Positions 28,335-38,122 of a stretch of DNA of 64,000 nt are shown here, in pieces. The notes under the pieces were generated by a model. That model was not told where the DNA came from. It searched no databases and saw only the letters and a list, made by a program, of their open reading frames with translations. Source of the DNA: Candidatus Poseidoniaceae archaeon (GTDB taxonomy: Archaea; Thermoplasmatota; Poseidoniia; Poseidoniales; Poseidoniaceae); contig CBFIJH010000005.1 of NCBI GenBank assembly GCA_965662895.1, positions 64,001 through 128,000 on the forward strand. The letters are read 5' to 3'. How positions within the stretch are numbered: position 1 is the stretch's first letter; each line of letters begins with the position of its first letter. Position numbers and translations under genes: made by a program.

Positions 28335-30518
28335 ATGCTGACACCAGCCATGTTGCGGATTTTGCGTTGGTTGGATGACCACCCAACCACGCTCGAATCG
28401 GCTTGGGACGTCCCACGAACCATCTCATTGGAAGGCATCGCCGACGGAATTGGTGTTGTTCGTTCTGCCCTTTTTCAGCCAATGAGCGTACTGGAAGATA
28501 ACGAATTCCTAAAAACCAGACAAGCCCATGTACTTGGATCAGGGCGCAGAAAACGGAAAGTTGTCCACATTACTGAAAAGGGACGCCAACAACTTCGAGA
28601 ACAGGTGGAAAACCTCCCCGAGCGACGTTCAAGAGAATCGTTGAAGTTGAAAGGACAGATTCCTGAATGTACGAATTTGCACGGGCGTCAGTCTGAACTG
28701 GAATTGATGAAAAAATCCCTGGAGCAGAAAAGACCGATTCATCTACGAGGGATGCCGGGAATTGGCAAATCGACGCTCGCTCGTACCATGGTTCAGGAAT
28801 TGGCTGAACGAGGAACAGAAATCCACTGGGCGGTTCTCGACGCCTACTGCGACGTGCATGAGGCGATGCAACGAATGGAGGTCGATTCACCAAGAATTCT
28901 TGAGGTTGAACATTATGCTAACATATTCGAAACCGAGAACGTTGTTCTGGTGTTTGATGATGTGCATACCATTTCTTCAAGACACAAATCATCCTTCCTC
29001 AGCTTCTTTCAAACACTCCTGAACAACAACATCGCCTTCATGTTGATTGGAAGAGATCGAGAAACATTCTCAATCGAAGCAACCGTTGTTGATTTGGGAC
29101 CGTTGGACCAATCCGATGCAATTGAATTACTGGACCCTGAACTCGGCGAGAACAGAGCGTCAATTGTTGAAACATTGGGTGGTCACCCGCTTGCGATTTT
29201 GCTCTACAATGTCTCGACTCCACTTCCAGAGACGGATCAAGACGTTCGAGCCTACGTTGAACAGGTTGTGCTTGAACATGCCTCAACAGAGGTCCATGAT
29301 GCAATGCAACCCTTCCTTGTCTTGCCATTTCCAATCCCTGCAATGCGGATGCCCGAACCTGACCACGTTCCATTGCTCGATGAACACACGCTGTTGCGTT
29401 GGGGCGCACAGAATTCGGCAATGGAGATGCAACATCTCATTCGCAACGTTTGTCGTTCTTCTCTTGAAGAATCTGATATTGATGCTCTCCATCAGTCTGC
29501 TATTTCACACTGGGAGAACGACGACGACGCACTTGCGAAGATTCTTGAATTGCATCATCGGATTCAGAGAGGTGAAACGAATGTTTCAGTGCATTTGTCG
29601 CAACGCGCAAATGAATTGATGAATGCCCATTCGGGTGCTTTCGCAACTCTTTTGGATGAAGCTTTGGTCAATGAAAATGTGAACCTCGAATTGATTGAAC
29701 TTGCCGCACAACATGCATTAAATCGGGCTGAACTTAACACTGCTAAAGAATACATCAAGGAGTTTGATGACCCTCGACTCGCCAACATCCGATTTCAGAT
29801 TGCCCAGTATGAGGGAAAGAACGACGTCGTTCAACACTTGGAATCTTTGACCGATGGAATCGATGATCCGAATCAAAAATTACGTGTTCAACTTTCTGTT
29901 CTCTCTCGCAGCATTGATGACCTTACACCACAGGCGACCGAGGATGACCATCGCCGCATCCATGGACTGCTCGAACGCGTCGATCTTCCTGACAAAGAAG
30001 GCGAACGCCAACGCATTTTGACCACAATTGTCGTCATGCGACATGCGCTTGCCCTTGAACAGAGAGATTTCAATGCTGCAAATTTTCTTCTCGATCAATT
30101 GAAGAATATTGCGTTAACAGACGATCCTCTTCTTCACTATCTTTCAACAAAAACGGAACTGAAAATGTTGGAAAAAGGCTCTGCAGATGCTGCATTTACC
30201 TTGAAGAATGCAGAGCGTATCGCAACACAGTTGAAACATCCGCTGTACAACGTTTCACTTTTCTTACTGCTTTGCGAACATCTTGTTGAAACGCAACCCC
30301 AGCGTGCTCAACTTCTCCATGAACAAATCGATATCCAGGCCATTGAAACAATGACCGCACCATCAGCACGTCGAATCGTTGCGAAATGGTGGGAGGTGAA
30401 GTCGATGGTTGACGAGAAAGGTCGAATTCTTGCACTGCGGGAAGCCATTCTTCGTTATCGTTCAGTAGGATGCCCAAACCGTGCTCGAAGGTTATCCAAG
30501 CGCTTGCACAGCCTGTGA
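28335..30518 (+). CDS. wHTH + STAND (NB-ARC/AP-ATPase-like) NTPase + helical-repeat protein
   Basis: N-terminal HTH (SLEGIADGIGVVRS...ITEKG), hGR.E motif, Walker A GMPGIGKS, Walker B LVFDDVH, GxP motif LGGHPLA, MQHLIR, all-helical C-terminus. Confidence 0.8.
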   Translation: MLTPAMLRILRWLDDHPTTLESAWDVPRTISLEGIADGIGVVRSALFQPMSVLEDNEFLKTRQAHVLGSGRRKRKVVHITEKGRQQLREQVENLPERRSRESLKLKGQIPECTNLHGRQSELELMKKSLEQKRPIHLRGMPGIGKSTLARTMVQELAERGTEIHWAVLDAYCDVHEAMQRMEVDSPRILEVEHYANIFETENVVLVFDDVHTISSRHKSSFLSFFQTLLNNNIAFMLIGRDRETFSIEATVVDLGPLDQSDAIELLDPELGENRASIVETLGGHPLAILLYNVSTPLPETDQDVRAYVEQVVLEHASTEVHDAMQPFLVLPFPIPAMRMPEPDHVPLLDEHTLLRWGAQNSAMEMQHLIRNVCRSSLEESDIDALHQSAISHWENDDDALAKILELHHRIQRGETNVSVHLSQRANELMNAHSGAFATLLDEALVNENVNLELIELAAQHALNRAELNTAKEYIKEFDDPRLANIRFQIAQYEGKNDVVQHLESLTDGIDDPNQKLRVQLSVLSRSIDDLTPQATEDDHRRIHGLLERVDLPDKEGERQRILTTIVVMRHALALEQRDFNAANFLLDQLKNIALTDDPLLHYLSTKTELKMLEKGSADAAFTLKNAERIATQLKHPLYNVSLFLLLCEHLVETQPQRAQLLHEQIDIQAIETMTAPSARRIVAKWWEVKSMVDEKGRILALREAILRYRSVGCPNRARRLSKRLHSL

Positions 30519-30519
30519 A

Positions 30520-30753
30520 TTACAATTCAGCACCAATCATGGTTTTGGTTTCTTGAATACCACTGATCGGACGAATTTCTTCGACAATGCAGCGTGTTAG
30601 CGTGAACTCGTCGTCGGCTTGTACTCGTGCGAGCAAATCGAATTCTCCAAACAGCATCCATTTGTCTGTGACATGCTCGATTCCATCAAGGGCATCTCGC
30701 ACGTCTTTTTCTTGTCCCGGGGAGGTGGTTATCAAAACGAATCCTATCGGCAT
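30520..30753 (-). CDS. Stand-alone Lrp/AsnC ligand-binding (RAM) domain
   Basis: 77 aa; FVLI...PG.E..V, LFGEFDLLARV, I.GI.ETKT. Confidence 0.9.
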   Translation of the reverse strand: MPIGFVLITTSPGQEKDVRDALDGIEHVTDKWMLFGEFDLLARVQADDEFTLTRCIVEEIRPISGIQETKTMIGAEL

Positions 30754-30762
30754 CTTTTCACC

Positions 30763-30996
30763 TCAGTATTCCACCGCAATTAGCGTTCGCGTGTCCCGAA
30801 TTCCTTCAATGGTTCTGAACTCTTTCATGAGCAGTGCGGTGAGATTTTTTGCTGTGTTGCTGCTCACATGAGCGAGAAGATCGTACTCTCCATACAAGGC
30901 GTGGACTTCTTTGACATCAGCATGGGAGGTTATAGCGAGATAGACATCACGCTCATGGGACGGTTCGGTCTTGACAAGGATGAATGCTTCTGGCAC
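30763..30996 (-). CDS. Stand-alone Lrp/AsnC ligand-binding (RAM) domain
   Basis: 77 aa; AFILVK, LYGEYDLLA, IEGIRDTRTLI; tandem paralog of 30520-30753. Confidence 0.9.
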   Translation of the reverse strand: MPEAFILVKTEPSHERDVYLAITSHADVKEVHALYGEYDLLAHVSSNTAKNLTALLMKEFRTIEGIRDTRTLIAVEY

Positions 30997-31021
30997 AATG
31001 TCCGCTTGAGCAGAAGGGTCT

Positions 31022-31084
31022 TATCGCTTTGGTTTCGTTTTTCGGTGAACATGCAAAGGGTGCTTTCAAATGGTATCGCTTTGG
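31022..31084 (+). repeat. 11-bp direct repeat TATCGCTTTGG x2 in a divergent promoter
   Basis: Exact copies at 31022-31032 and 31074-31084, 52 bp apart. Confidence 0.7.
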
Positions 31085-31094
31085 ATTATACAAT

Positions 31095-34000
31095 ATGGAG
31101 AGGCAAAAGCGGTTCTTTGCCCTTGGTTTGTTGCTGCTTCTCCTGATGATGTCCATGGCGCCCATGGTTCAATCCTTTCACGATTCGCAGGGGAAGCCAA
31201 CTGCGGTTTCAGGACGCGCTACGACCACATGGTCCGGTACGGTGACATTGACGAGCGATTATTTTGTGAACGTTCAAGATGAACTGCTGATTACGTCGTG
31301 CACAAGTGTTGTTCTGTCTCCAGGGATCCGAATTTACATCGATGGACGTTTGACCGTTCAGGGAACTCCTACGTGTCCGATTGTTCTGTCAAGTTCTTCG
31401 TCCACAGGCGATCATGAAGGAATACAATTCAATTCCTCGTCGTTTGGTCGTGGTAGTACAGTGAACCACCTTCACATTGAGGATGCGATTTATGGGATTA
31501 CCATGTATGGCTCAAATCCGATTTTGAACAATGTGACCATCTTCAATCCGGACCGTGTTGGCATCGATATGTTTGGAAGCTCAAGCCCAGTCATTCGAGA
31601 CTTGCATGTGGAACAGGCTGGTCGCTCCGTTGGGTTCCAGAATGATTGGCGTTACGGCATTGGATTGTCCGTTGGCGACGGATCAACACCGATTGTTCAA
31701 GGAGCATATTTCACCGACCACCAATTGCGAGGTCTCAACTTGTGGGGCGCATCTGGAGGTATTTATCGGGACATTGTCATGGACAACATATCGGGCTCCG
31801 TTCTTGGAGAGGTGGCGGGAGTATGGGTCGAAGACAGCGTTCCACTGTTCGAAAATTTAACCATCGATAAAAGCGACACGGGCATCATCGTTCGACACAT
31901 TGACGATTCGGGGTATACGCGTGGTGTTTTTAGGGACGTCGACATATCGAACAGTATGTTTCGTGGCGTTTATTTGGACAAAAACAACCACACGAATTAC
32001 ACCAATTACGAAACAGCAGATTTCACCAATCTTACGGTCAGAGGAACTGGTTCATCTGGGGCAACGTCCCCCGGAATTGCGCTTGCAGCTATCGACATTA
32101 ACGCAACAGGCGCATGGCTTGAGAATGTCCTTGTAGATGACGCATCGTCTGTCGGCATCCGAATGTTCTTTGTTGATTCAACGACCACACTCCGAAATGT
32201 GACCATACGTGACGCTGGTGAAGTTGGACAAGGTGCACATTCAGCGGGATTAAGCATCCAAACCTCTTACTTTGCTGCACATGTTGAAGATCTTGAAATC
32301 AGTGGCTCCCCCGGGCCAGGTGTTCATTCGTCCAGTGGTGGCTCTCTTCAGGGGTCCGACTGGAATCTTCACAACAACTCAGAACATGGCTTGTTCATCG
32401 ATTCTGCAACTGTTGTTGTTGACGGAATCTCGACGATGAAAAATGGATATTCGGGCGTTCATGTGTTTGACTCGCGTTATGTGAGCATTTCAAATCTAAC
32501 CTCTGTCAACGATGGTGATCTTGGTTCGGACGCTATGGAACAAGCGGGTCTTTCGTACCAAAAATCCAACGATTTAGAAACAAACTCAGGAGATGTTGTT
32601 TGTAGGAATTGTCACGTTGAATCCTCGCAAGGCCATGGTGTCTACGTTCGTGATTCCGTTGACCTTTGGCTGCACAACCTTTCGATATCGGACATCGACC
32701 CAACACTTCCAGCAATGTACGTCGATAACGGAGGCTTGACGCTTGGCACACAAGGTGGACGCATCAATCTCTTCAATTCACAGATCGAGCATGAATCAAC
32801 AACGCAACATGCCTTGTACATTCAACAAGCAGCGGGTCATATCGATGGACTATCATTGATTGGAAATCACAGTGGAATCTATTGGGATGCAAACCATAAC
32901 GGGAATTTCCCATCGACATTAAGCAATACTGAATTTGTAGGCAGTGAATGTCTCAAACTTGTGAATCATCCCGACCTTGGAGGTTATGGAAATACGATCG
33001 GTTCGGATTGTGAAGGACGGATATGGGTCGAAAATTCCGATGTGAATTTCTCCAATTTGGTTGATGTAAGTGGTACACACATTTTGGACCTTGATGCAGC
33101 ATCAACCATGCATTTGCATCAACCCAGTAACATTGATCTCACGATTGCAAACATTCCATCAGGCGCATCCATCGACGTTGCTTGGGATGTTACCGTGTGG
33201 GTTGTAAACAATCTCTCCAACGGCATTCCAAATGCCTATGCCAACGTGAGTTTCACACAATTTGAACCATCTGTGTCGGAGTTTACCAACGATATTGGTG
33301 TTGTACAATTGATCGATTTCATTGGACAACGTTGGACGAATTCTGGTGCATCGGCCATGAATGATGTTGCTGTTGAATGCGGTTATGATAGCGAGAGCAA
33401 CACTACGACGGTAAGTTTGGATGGTGACAAAGTGATGTATTGTGTTCTCGAATTGGACAACCAACCCCCATTTTTGAACTGGACTTCACCGATGGACGGG
33501 GATGTGTTCCCTTCACAGGGACAGGTTTTGTTTGATGCTCAAGAGTCCTGGGATTTGGACGACGATCCTCTCACACTCACGTGGACTTCCTCCCTTGATG
33601 GCGTCATCTCATCAACACAAAGCACGGCCCCGTTTACGGTCAACGATGGCGTATCTGGGATTACGCTTAGTGATGGTATTCATGATATAACGCTGGACGT
33701 TTGTGACAATGCTGGACATTGTGTATCAGAAACACGTACAATCGAATTAACGAATCTCGCTCCGGAACTCAACGTGTCCTTTGAACCGGGCCTGACCCAG
33801 TGGAATGAACTCATTATGCCTCAAACGGGAACGGTCACCATCAATACGACAGGGACATTTGACCCTGAAGGTGATGATTTTGCTTGTACAATTTCCTTTG
33901 GAGGGTACAACCGACAAGGTACTGGATGGGGCAATCAATATGTCTGTCCAGAGTTGTTGACGTACACCTTTGATCATTATTCGGACGACCCACCAGCATC

Positions 34001-35804
34001 GTTCTTCTTGAACGTCGTTGCATTTGATGAAGTAGGGAATTCAGATACCTACACCGTTGAAGTCAAGTTGTACAATGAGATGCCAACCGCTGCTTTCACG
34101 CTCGAACGTAATGGAACAGCGAGTGAGGATGTGATTTTCTTCAATGGAAGCAGTTCAGCAGACCCAGAAAACAATCCAATTTCGTTTGAATGGTGGTCCA
34201 ATGTGGATGGAACGCTCATGGTTGGTCAAGGTATTGAGAACATTTCTTGGTACGGACATCTCTCTCGTGGTGTTCATCAAATTGAGTTGCGAATCACCGA
34301 CGATCGTATGGATCATGGAGGTCAAATGTCGGTTGTCTCTCAATTGATTACCGTCGACAATTCTGCACCACGAGCTGTCATTGAAGAATTGGCTCTGTTC
34401 GATGACCTTGACTCGTCCGTTTTGATTCCGTTCAGTGCAAATGGTAGTGGCGATTTCGATTCAGGATGTTTTACATTCCCAAGTGAGGGGACCTGGCACT
34501 GTGCAGAGAACGAGCCTGCAGCTGGCTCCGAATTCCTGCAAATCGATTGGTCGAGCGACATCGATGGACGATTGACACCAGAAGATGAGGATTGGTTGAC
34601 CTTTGAAACGCGTCTCTCCGCAGGCACGCACCAGATTACACTCACGCTCAGCGATGGCATCAATCCCAACGTTTCCGTTTCGACAACACTTGAGGTTGCT
34701 GAATCAGCCCCTGTCTTGGTGTTGGATTCTCCGGTAAATGGTAGCCAATTCGCCTCGAGTGATTTGATTGTTATCGATGCACGAAACAGCGTTGATTACG
34801 ATGAGGATGACTTTACACTCACCTTGCGAAGTTACGAGGATTCATCTTCGACGTATCTCCCCATTCTGTCCGGTGTTTCAACATCGGTTGTTCATGAAAT
34901 TCAACTCGATGCTGGATTAAGAGATTTGCAAATCGAATTACTGGATGCGACTGGAAAATCTCGCGTTGAATCGCTCGAACTACTCATTCTCCCCAGCGAC
35001 CCAGAGGCCGTGATTGTATCGCCTGCTAATCTTGAATCGTTCGATCCAGGAGTAACCATCGTCTTCGAAGGTTCCTCCAGTGATGCTGATCAAGATCTCA
35101 TTGTTCGAGAATGGCGATTGCACCAACCAGGAGTCCAAACAAGCATTCTGAGTACCCAGTCAACATTCTCCCAGGTCTTTGTTCCCGGTTCGCATCATGT
35201 TTCGTTGTACGTTCAAGATGCCCGTGGAGCTTCCTCGGAGCAGCACATCAACTTCACAGTGCGATCAAGCCTTCCTGAATTGGTTCAGACCAGTTTGGAA
35301 CTGTCACAGACCGAGTTCATCTCAGACGAGCAAGTTACACTCGATGTAGCGGTCCAGCTGATTGATGCGGATGGAACAACCAACGATGTGCGCGCCGATA
35401 TCGTCCACAACATTCAGACGTGGACATTCAATCTCAGCGATGATGATGGCGATGGAATTTGGACTGGCTCGATTGAATTCCAGCCTTCGGGTGCAGGACA
35501 ACCAAGTTTCAAGGTCATTGCAACCGATGGAGAAGGCGATTCTGCCAGTGTTGATGTTCTTTACACGCCGCTGAAAGTTGTTGACGCCGAGGGTGAAGGA
35601 TTTATGTCAACGGGTGTCCTTCTCGGTGCAGTTTCGATTGTTGTTCTCGTGGCCCTGCTTATCACGCTCCAGCGTCGAAGGCAAGCAGCAGAGGAAATGA
35701 AAATCATTGATTCATGGGGCGTCTTTGGTGATGGAGCAGTCGAGGATGATGCATCTGAACAAGAAGTGAATGAGGACGAAAAGTTGGATTGGGAGAACGT
35801 CTGA
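31095..35804 (+). CDS. Giant surface protein: right-handed parallel beta-helix, PKD/Ig-like domains, C-terminal TM
   Basis: Signal peptide; GI/GV-repeat beta-helix turns; repeated D.S.S.D.D.D.L...W.S..DG and L..G.H.I.L...D PKD-like units. Confidence 0.85.
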   Translation: MERQKRFFALGLLLLLLMMSMAPMVQSFHDSQGKPTAVSGRATTTWSGTVTLTSDYFVNVQDELLITSCTSVVLSPGIRIYIDGRLTVQGTPTCPIVLSSSSSTGDHEGIQFNSSSFGRGSTVNHLHIEDAIYGITMYGSNPILNNVTIFNPDRVGIDMFGSSSPVIRDLHVEQAGRSVGFQNDWRYGIGLSVGDGSTPIVQGAYFTDHQLRGLNLWGASGGIYRDIVMDNISGSVLGEVAGVWVEDSVPLFENLTIDKSDTGIIVRHIDDSGYTRGVFRDVDISNSMFRGVYLDKNNHTNYTNYETADFTNLTVRGTGSSGATSPGIALAAIDINATGAWLENVLVDDASSVGIRMFFVDSTTTLRNVTIRDAGEVGQGAHSAGLSIQTSYFAAHVEDLEISGSPGPGVHSSSGGSLQGSDWNLHNNSEHGLFIDSATVVVDGISTMKNGYSGVHVFDSRYVSISNLTSVNDGDLGSDAMEQAGLSYQKSNDLETNSGDVVCRNCHVESSQGHGVYVRDSVDLWLHNLSISDIDPTLPAMYVDNGGLTLGTQGGRINLFNSQIEHESTTQHALYIQQAAGHIDGLSLIGNHSGIYWDANHNGNFPSTLSNTEFVGSECLKLVNHPDLGGYGNTIGSDCEGRIWVENSDVNFSNLVDVSGTHILDLDAASTMHLHQPSNIDLTIANIPSGASIDVAWDVTVWVVNNLSNGIPNAYANVSFTQFEPSVSEFTNDIGVVQLIDFIGQRWTNSGASAMNDVAVECGYDSESNTTTVSLDGDKVMYCVLELDNQPPFLNWTSPMDGDVFPSQGQVLFDAQESWDLDDDPLTLTWTSSLDGVISSTQSTAPFTVNDGVSGITLSDGIHDITLDVCDNAGHCVSETRTIELTNLAPELNVSFEPGLTQWNELIMPQTGTVTINTTGTFDPEGDDFACTISFGGYNRQGTGWGNQYVCPELLTYTFDHYSDDPPASFFLNVVAFDEVGNSDTYTVEVKLYNEMPTAAFTLERNGTASEDVIFFNGSSSADPENNPISFEWWSNVDGTLMVGQGIENISWYGHLSRGVHQIELRITDDRMDHGGQMSVVSQLITVDNSAPRAVIEELALFDDLDSSVLIPFSANGSGDFDSGCFTFPSEGTWHCAENEPAAGSEFLQIDWSSDIDGRLTPEDEDWLTFETRLSAGTHQITLTLSDGINPNVSVSTTLEVAESAPVLVLDSPVNGSQFASSDLIVIDARNSVDYDEDDFTLTLRSYEDSSSTYLPILSGVSTSVVHEIQLDAGLRDLQIELLDATGKSRVESLELLILPSDPEAVIVSPANLESFDPGVTIVFEGSSSDADQDLIVREWRLHQPGVQTSILSTQSTFSQVFVPGSHHVSLYVQDARGASSEQHINFTVRSSLPELVQTSLELSQTEFISDEQVTLDVAVQLIDADGTTNDVRADIVHNIQTWTFNLSDDDGDGIWTGSIEFQPSGAGQPSFKVIATDGEGDSASVDVLYTPLKVVDAEGEGFMSTGVLLGAVSIVVLVALLITLQRRRQAAEEMKIIDSWGVFGDGAVEDDASEQEVNEDEKLDWENV

Positions 35805-35860
35805 GGCCACTTTATTTTGTAGGCCATAGTATAATATATAACAGAACTCCAGTGCGACGC

Positions 35861-38122
35861 ATGAGAAAAGCACTCACGCTCATCCTCGTTGGACTAATGA
35901 TAGGAACAACCTTGCCAGCAAGCGTTGCAGCCGAAGAGACAGAACCGATTGCATTTGGTATTGAATACAACTATTCGAATCTTAACACAGATATTGCTTC
36001 GATGATTGGTGTCGATCTTCAGGAAGTCTTCCAGGAAGTGATGGCTGCTGGTGATGATGTGGGAATCGATTTGCTCATTGGTAGTGTAACATCCGGTTCG
36101 ACAACCATCGTTTTTGAACAGTATGACGGCCCGATGAAGACGCTTACAGTCGATGGAACGCAGACAGACTTTTCCACAAAAGTAACCGAACTTACCGTGC
36201 GTCACGGACTCCTTGATGACTTTGCAGTTCACTCGGAGTGGAGCGATTCCTACGGAGGAATCGACCTGACAATTGGTTATGATTCCGAGCAACTCTTCAA
36301 TGCAGATGTCGTCTACACAGAGTACTTTGATTCTGAAATGGGTCTTCATGGAATGGATATGGAGATGGACGTTGAAGCGGAAATTGAATACGCCTTTGGA
36401 ATAAACGGAGAACTCTCTGGCGATGGCGAAACCATGCCGTTCGACATCGAACTCAAACTTGGTACATCTTTTGAAATCAACAACGGTTTGCTCGAAGTCC
36501 GCATGGATGAAGCATCTCCTTTGTACACAGAGATGGTAAACCTGCAACCGGGTCAAACATTGACGTGGAATTGTGGAACAGACGAAAGATATGTTGAATC
36601 CGAATTCGACGATGTTGATGTTGGGGATTTATGCTCTGAGCGCAACATCCACTACGAGACAGAGACATCAGTTCTCCTCGAATTGACCGGAATTCCAACG
36701 GAAGAATTTGGTCTTCCGGAAGGAGATTTTGATTTTACTGTTTCAGACACTGTTACCGACATGTATGATGGTGATGTTGAACTTTTCTTCATGGGTGGAG
36801 GAATGGAATTGCTTGATGAACCTACACAAATGATTACCATTGACGATGGAAGCATGATCGAAGTTCACCAAGCCTATGCTTCACCTACTCCACTTGCGTT
36901 CCCTGCAATGTGGGCAATGATGTGGGCAAACTCTGTTGTTGGTAGCGGAGATTATCCTGGTATTGTCGATGCGTTGTTGGGCAATGAGGACATTGACGAC
37001 GCATTTGGCGGATGGTTTGATGAGATGCTTGAATCTGCAGAAGAAGATGATGATGACTACTTCGTCTGTGCGAACCTCAATGAAATTCCTCGTCAATATG
37101 TCGAAGATGGATTCGATGATTGCGGCGACAACTCAGATGAAGAATTCGTGTGCGATGATGGAGGTGTTATCCCCGGAGGCTGGGTCAATGATGGATGGGA
37201 GGATTGTTCAAATGGTGAGGATGAAACCAATGTTCAACAAGAATTTGTATATGTTAATGTTTTCATGAACGGAGCAAGCGAATCAGAAATGAACTTCGAT
37301 TACGAAGTGCAGGGCATGGAATATGATGAGAATTACGAGATTTCTTGGACAGTCACGGATGATGAAGGAACCACATCCGATGCAGGTTCCGCTGCTATTA
37401 CAGACGGTTCCTACAGTGCATACGAAAGTGCTAATGCAGAAATCAATGGGTTTGGTGAATACTGCGTTGATATTGTCGTTACTCAAATGAGCGATGATGA
37501 AATTGTTGGAACACAGCAGGAATGTGAATCGGTCTCGCAGGATATCGAGCCGAGCGATCGTTTGATGACCATTGCTGAGGCACTCGCAGAATCGACCCTA
37601 GACAACACACTCGAGTCATTCGGTCAGAATCTTGAGAACCGTTTGTCGAACTTTGAGGACGATTTCGATGTCGCTTACGAAGATGGTATGGCTTATGCGC
37701 TGTATGATGCTAACGACGATCGCTTTGTTGGTTTCCAGCTGGTCGCATCACCTGGTGGGACACAGTGGTACACGCTCATTGGACCTGAGAGTTCTGCGTA
37801 CGGTACGCCACAACGCGGCCTGAGCATCACATACTTCACTGGAGTCGATGCAACACAAGAAGCGGCCGAGATTGAGGACCAAACGGATTTGTCAGACCTT
37901 GTTGATGTGACACAGCACAACACCGATGAGGTTGAGGCAGTCAACACGGGTGTCGACCCTGCTACACTCCCTGACAACACAAACGATGACGTTGATAATA
38001 CGAGTGAAGCAACAGAAGATGATGTATCGGATCTCCTTCCGTTCCTCTCGCCGATTACAACTCTTGCAATGATTGCGCTTGCAGGAATGTTTGTATCAAT
38101 CCGTTACAAGGATGAAGAATGA
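35861..38122 (+). CDS. Acidic surface protein with LDL-receptor class A-like repeats and a C-terminal sorting-signal-like anchor
   Basis: FVCANLNEIP..YVEDGFDDCGDNSDE and FVCDDGGVIP..WVNDGWEDCSNGEDE; ends LPFLSPITTLAMIALAGMFVSIRYKDEE; AT-rich TATA (ATAATATATA) upstream. Confidence 0.8.
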   Translation: MRKALTLILVGLMIGTTLPASVAAEETEPIAFGIEYNYSNLNTDIASMIGVDLQEVFQEVMAAGDDVGIDLLIGSVTSGSTTIVFEQYDGPMKTLTVDGTQTDFSTKVTELTVRHGLLDDFAVHSEWSDSYGGIDLTIGYDSEQLFNADVVYTEYFDSEMGLHGMDMEMDVEAEIEYAFGINGELSGDGETMPFDIELKLGTSFEINNGLLEVRMDEASPLYTEMVNLQPGQTLTWNCGTDERYVESEFDDVDVGDLCSERNIHYETETSVLLELTGIPTEEFGLPEGDFDFTVSDTVTDMYDGDVELFFMGGGMELLDEPTQMITIDDGSMIEVHQAYASPTPLAFPAMWAMMWANSVVGSGDYPGIVDALLGNEDIDDAFGGWFDEMLESAEEDDDDYFVCANLNEIPRQYVEDGFDDCGDNSDEEFVCDDGGVIPGGWVNDGWEDCSNGEDETNVQQEFVYVNVFMNGASESEMNFDYEVQGMEYDENYEISWTVTDDEGTTSDAGSAAITDGSYSAYESANAEINGFGEYCVDIVVTQMSDDEIVGTQQECESVSQDIEPSDRLMTIAEALAESTLDNTLESFGQNLENRLSNFEDDFDVAYEDGMAYALYDANDDRFVGFQLVASPGGTQWYTLIGPESSAYGTPQRGLSITYFTGVDATQEAAEIEDQTDLSDLVDVTQHNTDEVEAVNTGVDPATLPDNTNDDVDNTSEATEDDVSDLLPFLSPITTLAMIALAGMFVSIRYKDEE

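Noticed and set aside
28231-28482. Long N-terminal extension of UvrC overlapping the STAND gene (similar extensions at 9153, 13180, 21193, 30984, 35789, 47183, 47710)
   Set aside because: Longest-ORF artefacts; recognisable homology and promoter spacing favour downstream starts.
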